Shown here piece after piece: positions 8,207 to 18,090 of a DNA stretch of 49,527 nt. The stretch is from the IMG/VR virus record IMGVR_UViG_3300048574_000467, positions 1 to 49,527 of that record; one strand, given 5' to 3'. The notes below the pieces were generated by a model. It was given only the letters and a program-made list of their open reading frames with translations. It was not told the origin of the DNA and ran no database searches. The translations under genes and the position numbers were made by a program. Each line of letters starts with the position of its first letter. Position 1 is the first letter of the stretch. The DNA comes from a virus. Lineage: Duplodnaviria; Caudoviricetes.

Positions 8207-11200
8207 TCAGGGCACGTCGCCCGTGCCGATGCCGCCGGCGCCCATCGTCAGAATCGTCGAAGAGCGCAGGATGCCGGTGGCGACTTCGCGGAACTCGACG
8301 CGGAACTTGACCGTCGCCGTGCCCATGTAGCCCTTGACGGTGCGCGTGAGGCGCCAGGTGCGCGTGGTTCCCAGGTTGAGCCAGACGCCGATATCCGCGC
8401 CCGACATCTCGCCGTTCAGGTCGTTGAAGATTTCGTTGAAGCAGACTTCGTAGTCGTCGGCCACGCTGCCGGCGACCGGCCGGTTCTTGTGCCACTCGCC
8501 CGGGTAGTCGAAGACTTCCAGCATCAGGGCAGAAGCCGTCCAGCTCGCGCTGCCGTCGTTCTTCAGCGTGACCTCGGAGTAGGAGTCGAGCGCGAAGCCG
8601 CTTTGCCAGCTGTTGACTTCGTGAGCCGGGAACTTCACGTCGCCCGGAACTACCGTGCCGCCCGGCCCGCCGTCGTCGGTGGGCGGCACGCCGCCGCCGC
8701 CACCACCACCGCCGCCGACATCGCCAAGCCCGACGCTGCCGGCCGACAGCGACAGCCGCGCGGTCGATTGCACGATGCCGGAGGCGGCCTCCCTGATCTC
8801 GACCTTGTATTTCACCAGCGCCGTATCCGTCCAGGCCTGCACGGCGTAGAATAGGCGCCAGTAGCGCGTCGAGCCCAGCGACACCCACGACCCCACGGCG
8901 GCGCCGGACATCGTGCCCTTGGCGTTGTTGTAGGTCTCGGTCAGCCGCACCTCGTATTTTGCGGCCTGCACGATCTCGACCGGGTTGTCGCGCACCCACT
9001 CGCGCGGCCAGTTGAAGGCGCCGATGTAGCTCGACTCGTAGCCCGCCGAGCCGTTGTTGCGCAGCGTGAAGGTGACGTAGGCGTTGCGCCCGTTCTCGAA
9101 GCTCGTTACCTCGTGCTCGGCCAGCGCGATGACGAGCGGCAGGTCGATGCCGCCGCCGCCGTCGTCGGCGTCGCCGCCGCTGCCGCCGTCCACCGGGTCC
9201 TGGATGTCGCCCGGCCCGGGCAGGAAGGCGTTGTCCGCGGCGTGCACGCGCGGGTCGTCTACGATGGCCTCGAGCGCGTAGAGCTGCGCGCCGTCGTCGT
9301 CGGTGCCGCCGTCGCGGATGGCGGTGAGCTTGACCAGCTCGTCGCCGGTCAGCGTGCCCAGCAGGTATTTCGGCCGCTCGCGCGCGCCCGAGTCGAGCAC
9401 GAGCGTGAAGTCCGGCGCGGCCGGCAACACCACGTCGGTGGCTTCAGGGCCGGGCTGCACGCGCACCGGCGCGGTGAGCGAGCCGTCGTCGCGGATCAGC
9501 GTCAGGTACAGGTCGGCCTCGCCGAACGCGGCGGGCTCGGACAGCCCCATCGTCAGCGTCGGCAGGTCCCAGGCGCACACGTCGCCGCTCTGGCCGTACA
9601 GCGGCAGGTCGGGCTGCCAGCGCACCGCGCTCATGAAGGCCGGCAGCGCGCCCTGCATCTCGGTCGTGCAGCTCGCCACGCGGCGCCGGTAGGCCAGATT
9701 GGCCGCCTCGTACAGGCCCTCGCGCTGCGCGTGGGTGGCGCCGGTGATGCCTTCGAGGCGCTTGCGCACCGGGTTGGCAGGCGTCGCCACACCCGGGCAG
9801 GGGCACTCGATCGAGGTCCAGGCCCAGGTGCGGTTGTCGAGGTACTCCACCGTAACTGCGTCGGCCTGCTCGCGCTGCGGCAGGCCTTCGGTTACGGCCA
9901 TGCTGCCGGGCACCGTGTTGCGCGGGCTGAAGGCGGTTACGCCGATCGTCGCCAGCTCGTCGCGCGCGATCGTCAGCACCCCGTTGCGGCGGAATACCCG
10001 CGCCCGCCCGGCGCGGGCGATGAGCTGCAGCGCGCTCCACGCATCCACCGCGTTGTCGAACACGTAGTCGAAGCGGTCCTGGCGCGCCACGTTGGCCGCC
10101 GCGAAGGCGGCGAAGCTCGGCAGGTCGACGCGCTCGTCGGGCAGCCCCAGGCCCCACACCGGGTTCGTCGCCAGGTCGAGCAGCCACCAGGCCGGCGTGC
10201 GCGTGTAGGCGTAGCTCGCCCAGCCGGTATCGGCCTTCCAGGCGCGGGCGTGCGCCTGCACGATCAGCGAGATGCTGCGCTGGCTGATCTGGCTCAACTG
10301 GTCGCTCGCGCGCAGCACCACTTCGTAGTGCGCGGTGCTCGCGTTGAGCGGCGCCGGATCGGCCAGATAGGCGCGCAGGCCGCCCCAGGCGAGTTCGTGC
10401 AGCGCCGTCGTGTCGGCATCCTTCACGTCGGTGCGCACCACGCGCACCTCGACGCGCGCCGGGGTCGCGATCGTGAGCTTCTGGCTCCAGCGCTGCGGCG
10501 TGTTGGTCGCCGCCGTCTTGGTGCCGGTGCCGAGAATCTTCCAGGGGCCGGTGGCGACGCCGAAGTCGTTGATCTCGCGCGCCTCGACGCGCCACGCCAC
10601 CGTGAGCGGCCCGGCGCCCTTGCCCAGGCCGCGGGTGGCGATGATGTCGATGCCGACCGCCGCGCAGCGCCGCTTGGGCAGGCACGCCGTGAAGCCGCCC
10701 ACGTACTTGCCCGGCTCGAGCACCTGGCCGGCGACGACGCTGCTCGTGTTCACGTTCGCCAGCGCCTGCGACGGCGCGACGCCCGGCGCCAGGTACTTGG
10801 CGACGAGCACGTCGGCGAAGTGAGCCACCGGCGTGTCGCCGATCAGCGCCGCCTCGAGCGTGTGCGCGCCCACGCCGACCGCCAGCAGCGCGTAGTAGTA
10901 CTGCTGGTTGTTCAGGTCGTTGCCGTCGTCGTCGCGGTACTCGAAGTACGGCTCGGCGGCAAACGGCGGCGTGATCTTGACGCGGCCGCAGCACTTCCAG
11001 ATCGGCTGGTCGAGCCGCGCCTGGTTGCCCTGCAGCGAGGTAGCGTAGACCGCCTCCGGCGCGCCCCACTGGGCGCCCGACTGCGCCTTCGGCCCGGTGG
11101 GCGGCAGCAGCAGGTTGTAGGCCATGCTCGCCGCCATCAGCCACGGCGTGAAGACCTGGCCGCCCGGCACGATCATCGACAGCACGGTCGCGATCGCGAG

Positions 11201-11473
11201 CAGCGTGCGCCCGCCCTCGCGGCCCTGCGGCGGATCGATCTGCCAGACGACGATATCGCCCGGCCGCAGCCGGTAGCCCCATTGCTCGCGCAGGATGAAG
11301 CCCTCGACGCCGAGCACGCTGCACACGAGCGGCCTGTCGGTGGCCGGCGCCAGCTCGGCCAGCGTCGCGCCTACCGGCGCGGGCGTCGCGTCCTGCGGGC
11401 GCAGCCCGGCCAGCGGGTCATGGCAGACGACCGACAGCGGCTGCAGCGGCGAGGCGACGGCGCGCGCGTCCAT
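8207..11473 (-). CDS. tail tip / host specificity protein (lambda J-like)
   Basis: 1088 aa; QGNQARLDQPI, TPAWWLLD, QLIARAGRA, RDE motifs; position after NlpC gene. Confidence 0.85.
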   Translation of the reverse strand: MDARAVASPLQPLSVVCHDPLAGLRPQDATPAPVGATLAELAPATDRPLVCSVLGVEGFILREQWGYRLRPGDIVVWQIDPPQGREGGRTLLAIATVLSMIVPGGQVFTPWLMAASMAYNLLLPPTGPKAQSGAQWGAPEAVYATSLQGNQARLDQPIWKCCGRVKITPPFAAEPYFEYRDDDGNDLNNQQYYYALLAVGVGAHTLEAALIGDTPVAHFADVLVAKYLAPGVAPSQALANVNTSSVVAGQVLEPGKYVGGFTACLPKRRCAAVGIDIIATRGLGKGAGPLTVAWRVEAREINDFGVATGPWKILGTGTKTAATNTPQRWSQKLTIATPARVEVRVVRTDVKDADTTALHELAWGGLRAYLADPAPLNASTAHYEVVLRASDQLSQISQRSISLIVQAHARAWKADTGWASYAYTRTPAWWLLDLATNPVWGLGLPDERVDLPSFAAFAAANVARQDRFDYVFDNAVDAWSALQLIARAGRARVFRRNGVLTIARDELATIGVTAFSPRNTVPGSMAVTEGLPQREQADAVTVEYLDNRTWAWTSIECPCPGVATPANPVRKRLEGITGATHAQREGLYEAANLAYRRRVASCTTEMQGALPAFMSAVRWQPDLPLYGQSGDVCAWDLPTLTMGLSEPAAFGEADLYLTLIRDDGSLTAPVRVQPGPEATDVVLPAAPDFTLVLDSGARERPKYLLGTLTGDELVKLTAIRDGGTDDDGAQLYALEAIVDDPRVHAADNAFLPGPGDIQDPVDGGSGGDADDGGGGIDLPLVIALAEHEVTSFENGRNAYVTFTLRNNGSAGYESSYIGAFNWPREWVRDNPVEIVQAAKYEVRLTETYNNAKGTMSGAAVGSWVSLGSTRYWRLFYAVQAWTDTALVKYKVEIREAASGIVQSTARLSLSAGSVGLGDVGGGGGGGGGVPPTDDGGPGGTVVPGDVKFPAHEVNSWQSGFALDSYSEVTLKNDGSASWTASALMLEVFDYPGEWHKNRPVAGSVADDYEVCFNEIFNDLNGEMSGADIGVWLNLGTTRTWRLTRTVKGYMGTATVKFRVEFREVATGILRSSTILTMGAGGIGTGDVP

Positions 11474-11898
11474 CACGCCGCCCCGGCCTCGGCGGCGTCG
11501 CCCAGGCGCCAGAATTCGAAGTCGCGATAGCCGGCGCCGATCAGCAGCTCCTGCGGCTGCCACACCACGCCGCCCCAGCAGCGCGCGCCGCCGGGCAGCG
11601 GCCCGCCGTCGCAGTGCAGCACCCACAGCCGGGCGTCGGCGGCCAGCATCACGCCCACGTGGCGCGCGTCCAGCGGGGCGCGCATGAGCACGATGTCGTC
11701 GGCGCGCGGCGCATCGTCCGCGCGGCGCCAGCGGCTGGCGCGCAGCGCGGCGCCCAGATCGGCCAGCTCGGGCAGCGCCAGGCCGCGGCAGCGCGCGAAA
11801 TACTCGCGCACCAGCCACCAGCAGTTGCGCTCGGGCGTCCACGGCTCGCCGATCAGGCCGGCCGCCGGGTGCACGAAGATGGACGCGCCGGCGCTCAT
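11473..11898 (-). CDS. NlpC/P60-like tail assembly protein
   Basis: IGEPW...NCWWLVREYF, HVGV, VLHC. Confidence 0.8.
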   Translation of the reverse strand: MSAGASIFVHPAAGLIGEPWTPERNCWWLVREYFARCRGLALPELADLGAALRASRWRRADDAPRADDIVLMRAPLDARHVGVMLAADARLWVLHCDGGPLPGGARCWGGVVWQPQELLIGAGYRDFEFWRLGDAAEAGAA

Positions 11899-12440
11899 TC
11901 GAGCCCCGAATACTCTTCGCGCCGAAAGCTCAGGCGCGGCACGCTGACGTTGCCGAAGTCGGCGTAACCCGCCTCGACCGAGGCCCCCCGCCCGCTCAGC
12001 GTGGCCGAACTCAGGTGATAGGTCGCGACCGGCAGCTTGGCGGGCGCGGCGGTGTCGTCGCTCGCGTACAGCCGCTCGACCAGCTCCCACGGCACGAGCG
12101 AGCCGCGCGCCGCGGCGAACGCCTCGGCCAGGATGCCGCTGACGCCCTCGCGCGAAAGCGTCACCTTGGGCGACGCCTGGGCGTCGCTTTCCTCGGGGCG
12201 CTCGAGTTCGAGCAGGCAGGCGAGGAAGACCTGCTCGGTGCCCGCATTGCGCGCCGCGCCGGCCTCGATCGTGGCCGTCAGGTCGGCGCGGTCGTTGACG
12301 AAGTAGATCGGCGCGGCGAGCGACGGGTGCCACAGCTCGTAGGCCCAAAGCATGGCGCGCGCGATCGGCGCCACCGCCGCCGCCTCGGCATAGGCGACCG
12401 AAAGCGCGACGCCGCGAAGGGGGGGTTGGTAGGTGGGCAT
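11895..12440 (-). CDS. DUF1833-like minor tail protein
   Basis: YELWHPSLAAPIYFVNDRADLTATIE; synteny. Confidence 0.75.
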   Translation of the reverse strand: MPTYQPPLRGVALSVAYAEAAAVAPIARAMLWAYELWHPSLAAPIYFVNDRADLTATIEAGAARNAGTEQVFLACLLELERPEESDAQASPKVTLSREGVSGILAEAFAAARGSLVPWELVERLYASDDTAAPAKLPVATYHLSSATLSGRGASVEAGYADFGNVSVPRLSFRREEYSGLE

Positions 12441-12456
12441 CGCTGCGCTGCTCCGG

Positions 12457-12834
12457 TTACGCCGATTGCGGCGCAAGGCCGCGGCCGCGCACCTCGCATT
12501 GCGCCGTGACGCGCCATCCCTGCCCGGCCGCATAACGCCACTGCGGCACGCCCGCGAAGCGGCGCACGCCCGACACCCAGCCCTCAGGCAACGGCCAGGT
12601 GGCGGCGAACCAGGCGCCGCCGAAGACAAGATCGTCGCGCCACCAGGCGTAAAAGTCCGCCCCGTTGGCCGAGCCGAGGAACTCGAACGTCAGATCCTGC
12701 AGCGCCAGGCGGTCGCGCTGCGCCGGGCGCGTGACGCGCACACCGTCCAGCGGCGCGACGAGGCGGCGCTCGTGCGCCGTCACGTCGGCCACCGACGGCG
12801 CCGGCAGCGTGGCGGGGTAGACGATCGCCGTCAT
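12457..12834 (-). CDS. distal tail-like protein
   Basis: IVYPATLPAP...FYAWWRDDLVFGGAWF...WRVTAQCEVR. Confidence 0.65.
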   Translation of the reverse strand: MTAIVYPATLPAPSVADVTAHERRLVAPLDGVRVTRPAQRDRLALQDLTFEFLGSANGADFYAWWRDDLVFGGAWFAATWPLPEGWVSGVRRFAGVPQWRYAAGQGWRVTAQCEVRGRGLAPQSA

Positions 12835-13793
12835 GCCTCCACCAGCGCGACGCCGAAGCCGACGGCGCCGAGCGAGCGCAGTTCGAGCAGCGCCACCGTG
12901 AACGAGGCGGCGATGTCCTGCGGCACCGTAAGCTGCGCGCCGCCGTACAGCGGCAGCGCGATCTCGGCTGCCAGCGGCAGCGTTGCGGGCCCGGCGTCGC
13001 TCTGGTCGCCGAACAGGCGCAGCGTGCCGCCGTAGTGCCACAGCCCGCCCTTGCGCGGCGTGCAGCGCGGCGGCTCGGCCCACTTGGCGGCCCACCAGGC
13101 GACGGCGCCGGCGTTGATCTCGGCGCTTTGCTGGCGCTTGACCGGCACCGAAAACGCGAGGTTGCCGCCCTGCAGGGCGTTTTCGTACCAGTCGTCGACC
13201 TGCACCATCTGCGCATCCGTCAGCAGCCAGGCGATCTGCACGCTGCGCTCGGCCACCGTGTAGGCACGGCGCAGCCGGCTGTGGCCGGTGCCCATCTGCG
13301 GGCGCGCGAAGACGCCCGCCTCGTCGACGGCGAAGCCGTCGGCGATGTGCGTCAGGAAGTCCAGCGCCATGATCGGCGGCAGCCCGCCGCCGCCGCCACC
13401 GCCGCCGCTTTCGCTGGTGAGCACCAGGTCGCCGTAGGCTCCCGAGCCGTACATCAGCGACGCAGTGAGAATCTCGGGGTGACCGTCGGCCCACAGGGTC
13501 AGCGTCCCCCTGCTGCAGAGCCACATCCAGCCGCCGTATCCCGGGATAGAGAAGAAGGAAACGCCGACCACCCCGGCGTCGGGGAAGCTGAGTGCGGGTT
13601 CCCCCCCGGGATACGGGCTCAGTGCCTCCCAGCTCGAATGCCAGGTGGCCGGCGATCCGTCGATGGTGGCGGCGAATCGCGCGCCAGAGCCCGTTACGGC
13701 ATCAGTCCAGAGTTCGATCAGGTCCTCGTTGCCGATGGCAGCAGTGCCGCTCGGCGGCGGGTACTTCGACGGCAGGCACCAGCCGATGCTCAT
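12831..13793 (-). CDS. minor tail protein: N-terminal extra domain, poly-Gly linker, distal-tail-like domain
   Basis: RPQMGTGHSRLRRAYT...DWYENALQGG in C-terminal half; coupled ATGA overlaps. Confidence 0.6.
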   Translation of the reverse strand: MSIGWCLPSKYPPPSGTAAIGNEDLIELWTDAVTGSGARFAATIDGSPATWHSSWEALSPYPGGEPALSFPDAGVVGVSFFSIPGYGGWMWLCSRGTLTLWADGHPEILTASLMYGSGAYGDLVLTSESGGGGGGGGLPPIMALDFLTHIADGFAVDEAGVFARPQMGTGHSRLRRAYTVAERSVQIAWLLTDAQMVQVDDWYENALQGGNLAFSVPVKRQQSAEINAGAVAWWAAKWAEPPRCTPRKGGLWHYGGTLRLFGDQSDAGPATLPLAAEIALPLYGGAQLTVPQDIAASFTVALLELRSLGAVGFGVALVEA

Positions 13794-14419
13794 TGCGCCC
13801 CCCCGTGCGAATCGGGGGCGCGGTGCGCGGCATCGATCTGGCGCTGCGCATGCATCATGCTGCGCATCTGCCCCAGCGCGCTCTTGGGCTGGCGGCTCAG
13901 GCCGGTGCCGCGGTGCCAGATGTAGCCGATGGCGTCGACGTAGTTCGCGCCGCGCTTGGCGACTTCGAAGAAGAGCAGGTGCTCGAGGCAATAGATGCCG
14001 CGCGGGATGCGCGCCGCCGCCTCGCGCGCGGCCTGCGTGCGGCACACCACCAGGTGATGCAGCAGCATCGGACGCTGCACGTGCAGCTCGGGCGTGTAGG
14101 GCGCGCCGAACGATTCGTAGGTCTGGCCGCTCACCGAATCAATCACCCGCTCGCGGGTGTACGACAGCGCGGCATCGGTATCCATGCAGCGGGCGAGGAT
14201 CGCCGGGTAGTCGCCCGGCAGCTCGTCGTCGTCGTCCAGAAAGAAGAACCACGGCGTGCGCACGCGCTCGAGCGCGGCGAGCCGGGCGTCGAGCGAGCCG
14301 GCCACGTCCTTGAAGATGCTGCGGTGCGCGAGCACCGTGACGCCGGGGATCGCGGGGCAGTAGTCGCGCGCGGACAGCACGACGGCGGTGATGTCGGCCG
14401 AGGCGTCCATCATCGTCAC
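13790..14419 (-). CDS. GT-A fold (family 2-like) glycosyltransferase
   Basis: ARLAALERVRTPWFFFLDDDD DxD motif; HHLVV; GYIWHR. Confidence 0.7.
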   Translation of the reverse strand: MTMMDASADITAVVLSARDYCPAIPGVTVLAHRSIFKDVAGSLDARLAALERVRTPWFFFLDDDDELPGDYPAILARCMDTDAALSYTRERVIDSVSGQTYESFGAPYTPELHVQRPMLLHHLVVCRTQAAREAAARIPRGIYCLEHLLFFEVAKRGANYVDAIGYIWHRGTGLSRQPKSALGQMRSMMHAQRQIDAAHRAPDSHGGAQ

Positions 14420-17337
14420 GCCCTGCGCAGCGCCGCGTTGCCGAGGTTGACGCCGCGCCCGGCGAGCGCCGCCGACAGCCGCCCGGTGCCGCTGGCCACG
14501 TCGGCCACGGCGCGCGCGTAACCGCGGCGGGCGCCGGTTTCGGCGGCGCGCTCGAGCATGATCTCGATCTCGCCGTCGCCGCCGCGGCGCACGCCGACCT
14601 CGGCACCGGCGTTGTTGATGATGTTGACCTTCACGTCGCCGCCGAGGGCGTGATTCGGCGTCACGCTGCCGCCCATCGCGCCCATGCGCAGCAGCTCGGG
14701 CCCGCGCTCGCCGACCAGGTAGGTCGCGCCCGCCAGCACCGGGCCGCCGGAGGCGCGCCCGCCGGACGGCACCCAGGCGCTGATGTTGTTGAAGGCGCTG
14801 CCGTCGGCGTTGAAGCCGGTCGGCGTCGACGCGGCGGCTGAGCCGGTGAAGAGGCCGACGCCGGCCGAAATCAGGCCGATGAGGCTACCAAGCCCGCCGC
14901 CGACCTTGCCCGACTTGCCGTAGTCGCCCATCAGCGCCTCGCCGAGCTTGGCCGCCGCCGCCTGCGCGATCATGCGGTTGAGCATGTCGAGCCACATCTT
15001 GCCGATGTTCTTGAAGTTGCCCGAAAGCGTCGCCTCCACCGTGCTGCCGAGCACGTCCTGGATGTTGCGCGCCGCCTGCTCGGTGAAGAGCGTTGCCTCG
15101 TCCTTCAGGTTGCGCGTCAGCTCGCGGGTTTTCAGCGCGGCGGCCTCGTTCACGCCGGCCAGCGCGCGGGCGTATTCCTCGGGCATCGCGCGCAGCGGCT
15201 CGATCATCGCCAGCGCATGCTCGCGCTCGAGCGCCACCTGCGCCGCGACGCGCGCGCGGTCGTCTTCGATCAAGGCGATGTTGCCCTCGCGATTGGCCTG
15301 CACGATGCCGTCGGCGGCCTTGCGCGCGGCGTCGATCGCCGAATCGGCCTTGGCCTGGTCGGCCTCGCGCGCGGCGGCGAGCGCGCGCTCCACGCCGGGC
15401 TGGTCTTCGAGCTCGGCGCGGCGGAAGTCCTGCTGGCGGGTGTCTGGGCCGGCGCCGTACAGGCCTTGCATGAGCGCGATGCGCTCGGCGAGGGGGTCGG
15501 GGCGATCATCCGACCGTGAAACGCGCGGGGCCGCCGCCGCGCCGGCGAGCGCCTTGTCCATCGCCTGTTGGCCGGCGATCAGGCGCAGGTCGCGTTCGCT
15601 TTCCAGCGCGGCGCGCTTGGCGGGGTCGGCCTCCTTGGCGAGCGCCAGCCCGTAGGCCTTGGCGATCTCGATGGATTCGTTGGACCACTTGCGCTTGATG
15701 TCGATGTCGAGCTTTGCGTACTGCGCGACATCGTCGATCGACCTCGCGTTCAGGAACTGGTCGCGCTCGGCCTTGGCGTCAGCACCGGCGCGCATTCTTG
15801 CGTCGAGCGCCGCGTACTCCTTGAGCGTGGCCTGCAGGACGGCCTGGCGCGTCGCCTCGGGCATCGCCGCGGCCTTGCCGGTGCCGTTCATCAGTTCGGC
15901 GATGCGGTCGTTGGCTTCGGCGAGCCTCTCTGCCTCTTCGCCACCGGTCGCGGCGGCCTCCTTGCCGCCGGGCTGTTGGCGCAGCCGGTTCATCGCCTCG
16001 ATCTTGGCCGTCTGGCGGTCGAGGTCGGCGATGATTTCCGCCGTGCTGCGCCGCGTGGCGGCCACCGCCTGCTCCCCCGCCCTGCTGCTCGCCGCGGACC
16101 ACGCCGCCCAGGCGGTGGCGCCCAGGCCGAGCGCGGTCACCACCAGACCGATCGGCCCGCCCATCAGGCCCATTGCCGCCGCGCCGATGCTCGTCGCGCG
16201 GCTCAAGGCGGTCTGCGCCGCGGCCTGCGCGGCGAGCGCCGCGGTGTGCCGCGTGGTCGCCGCGATTACCGCGTTCTGCGCGACGACCGACGCGCCCAGC
16301 CCGGTCGCGTGCGCGAGCGTGGCGCGCGCGTCGGCCAACACGAAGCCGGTGTGGATCGCGACCGCCTCGGTGCGCCGCACGGTGTCGGCCAGCTCGGCGA
16401 CCGCCGCCGCGCGTTTGACCAGCATGGCCTGCACCGAGTCCGCCGTCGCCTGTGCCAGCCGGCCCATGCCGAGCGCGGCGGCGCCGCCGGCGATGACGGC
16501 CAGCGCGTCGAGGTTGCGCGCGACCAGCGCCAGCGCGCCGGCGGCGACGCGGCTGGCGCCGGTGCCGGCGTCGAGCGCACCGACGAGCAGCAGCGCCTGG
16601 TTGCGCACCAGCGTCATGCCCTGGCCGATGGTGACCGGCATCTGCGCGGCCGATTGCGTCAGTTCGTCGGACGCGTTGACGATCGCCCGGAAGAACTCCT
16701 GGCTGCTCAGGCGCCCGTCATTGACCATCTGCTTGAGCCGGCTCACGCTGCCCGCCGCGCCGTCGATGTGCTTGGCGGCGGCCACGAGCAGCGGACGGGC
16801 GCCGTCGATCAGGCTGTTGAACTCCTGCGCCTGCACCACCGAGCCGCCCACCGCCTGCGAGAGCTGCAACAGCGCGCCGGCGGCGGCCTGTGCGCTGGTG
16901 CCGTTGAGCGTGAGCGAGGCAGCGACGCCCTCGGTGAACCTGGCCACGTCTTGCTGCGTGGCGCCGAGTTCGGACGCCGCGGCCGAGGCGCTTGCGTACA
17001 GCGTGCCGATCTCGGACAGGCCCTTGCGCTGACGCTGCGCAATCTCGACGACCGCCGCCTGCGCCTGCGCAAACTGCGCCTGGCCGTCGGTGACGGTGCG
17101 CAGCCGCCCGGAGAGTGTCGCGAACTCGTCGGACAGCGCCGCCACGCTGCGCGCCACCTGGCCGACACCGCCGAGCGCGAGCAGCCCGGCCCCATAGTGC
17201 CCGACGCGCTTGAGCGCTTCGGCGGCGCGGTCGCCGCGCGTCGCGGCGTCGCCCAGCGCCCCCGAGACGCTGCGCAGCCCGGTAGTGACCTGCGCCGCGC
17301 CGTCGAGCGACAGCCGCAGTTTGACTTCACCGGCCAT
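14416..17337 (-). CDS. tail tape measure protein
   Basis: 973 aa, Ala-rich; ALLQLSQA...AQEFNSL tape-measure domain; RASGGPV...YLVGERGPEL C-terminus. Confidence 0.92.
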   Translation of the reverse strand: MAGEVKLRLSLDGAAQVTTGLRSVSGALGDAATRGDRAAEALKRVGHYGAGLLALGGVGQVARSVAALSDEFATLSGRLRTVTDGQAQFAQAQAAVVEIAQRQRKGLSEIGTLYASASAAASELGATQQDVARFTEGVAASLTLNGTSAQAAAGALLQLSQAVGGSVVQAQEFNSLIDGARPLLVAAAKHIDGAAGSVSRLKQMVNDGRLSSQEFFRAIVNASDELTQSAAQMPVTIGQGMTLVRNQALLLVGALDAGTGASRVAAGALALVARNLDALAVIAGGAAALGMGRLAQATADSVQAMLVKRAAAVAELADTVRRTEAVAIHTGFVLADARATLAHATGLGASVVAQNAVIAATTRHTAALAAQAAAQTALSRATSIGAAAMGLMGGPIGLVVTALGLGATAWAAWSAASSRAGEQAVAATRRSTAEIIADLDRQTAKIEAMNRLRQQPGGKEAAATGGEEAERLAEANDRIAELMNGTGKAAAMPEATRQAVLQATLKEYAALDARMRAGADAKAERDQFLNARSIDDVAQYAKLDIDIKRKWSNESIEIAKAYGLALAKEADPAKRAALESERDLRLIAGQQAMDKALAGAAAAPRVSRSDDRPDPLAERIALMQGLYGAGPDTRQQDFRRAELEDQPGVERALAAAREADQAKADSAIDAARKAADGIVQANREGNIALIEDDRARVAAQVALEREHALAMIEPLRAMPEEYARALAGVNEAAALKTRELTRNLKDEATLFTEQAARNIQDVLGSTVEATLSGNFKNIGKMWLDMLNRMIAQAAAAKLGEALMGDYGKSGKVGGGLGSLIGLISAGVGLFTGSAAASTPTGFNADGSAFNNISAWVPSGGRASGGPVLAGATYLVGERGPELLRMGAMGGSVTPNHALGGDVKVNIINNAGAEVGVRRGGDGEIEIMLERAAETGARRGYARAVADVASGTGRLSAALAGRGVNLGNAALRRA

Positions 17338-17357
17338 GGTGGGCGACACTGCGGCGC

Positions 17358-17540
17358 ATGGCCGGCGTCCTCGAAGGGGTTGCGAACATCATGCTGGCGC
17401 TGCTGGCGCTCGGCCTGGCCGTGGCCGCCGGCGCCTTCGCGCTGCTCGTGCCGTGGTGGCTGAGCGCGGCTGGCGCGGTCGCGATCTCCGCTGCGTGGCC
17501 GGCGCACCGGCGCTGGGCGCGCGAGCGCGACGCGCGCTGA
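17358..17540 (+). CDS. small two-TM membrane protein (moron-like)
   Basis: 60 aa hydrophobic; fills gap between chaperone and tape measure on the opposite strand. Confidence 0.6.
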   Translation: MAGVLEGVANIMLALLALGLAVAAGAFALLVPWWLSAAGAVAISAAWPAHRRWARERDAR

Positions 17541-17549
17541 GGGCACGCG

Positions 17550-17729
17550 ATGGCGCGCGCCATTCTGATGGGCCTGCTGCGCGGCGCCTGCGTCGGCATC
17601 GTCTTGCTGCTGCTGGCCGCGGCGTGGAGCGACCTGCACGCGGCGCGGCCGCTGTCGGGCGCGGCGGCGCTGGCCCTGGCCGGCGCGCTCGCATACGGCA
17701 CCATCGCCTGGCGCGGCTGGCTGCGCTGA
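17550..17729 (+). CDS. small two-TM membrane protein (moron-like), 59 aa, not in ORF track
   Basis: MARAILMGLLRGACVGIVLLLLAAAWSDLHAARPLSGAAALALAGALAYGTIAWRGWLR read by hand. Confidence 0.55.
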   Translation: MARAILMGLLRGACVGIVLLLLAAAWSDLHAARPLSGAAALALAGALAYGTIAWRGWLR

Positions 17730-17736
17730 AGGCGCA

Positions 17737-18090
17737 TCACGCCGCCTGCTCCGCAAACCACGCCAGCGCCTCGGCCTCCATCACGCGCAGGCCTTCGAAC
17801 GCGCGGCGCAGCGCGCCGCGCTCGAGGCCCAGCAGCCGCGCGGTGGCGGGGATGGCCGCATAGTCGAGCCCGGTCGGGGCGCCCATGCCGGACACGCGCC
17901 ACTGGCTCATCATCGCCTCGAACAGGCGCAGCGCGCCGACCGTCTCGGGCCACAGCTCGCACACCGCCGCATCTTCGTGCGCCGGGCCGGCAACCTCGCC
18001 CGGCGAGGCGCCGAAAGCGGCGCAGGCTTGCTCGTCTACCGCGCGGCGGCCGCGGCTGCCGGCCAGCAGCGCGCGGGCCGCCGCCCTCAT
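17737..18090 (-). CDS. DUF1799-like tail assembly chaperone (gpT-like, -1 frameshift segment)
   Basis: ELWPETVGALRLFEAMMSQWRVSGMGAPTGLDYAA...LRVMEAEAL. Confidence 0.8.
   Translation of the reverse strand: MRAAARALLAGSRGRRAVDEQACAAFGASPGEVAGPAHEDAAVCELWPETVGALRLFEAMMSQWRVSGMGAPTGLDYAAIPATARLLGLERGALRRAFEGLRVMEAEALAWFAEQAA

Noticed and set aside
8207-9125. Diversity-generating retroelement TR/VR pair
   Set aside because: No reverse transcriptase; the repeats are both coding and diverged at all base types
9113-11530. Long plus-strand ORFs (also 15568-17463, 22180-23925, 28808-31447, 45272-46795)
   Set aside because: Antisense shadows of high-GC phage genes with no motifs or RBS
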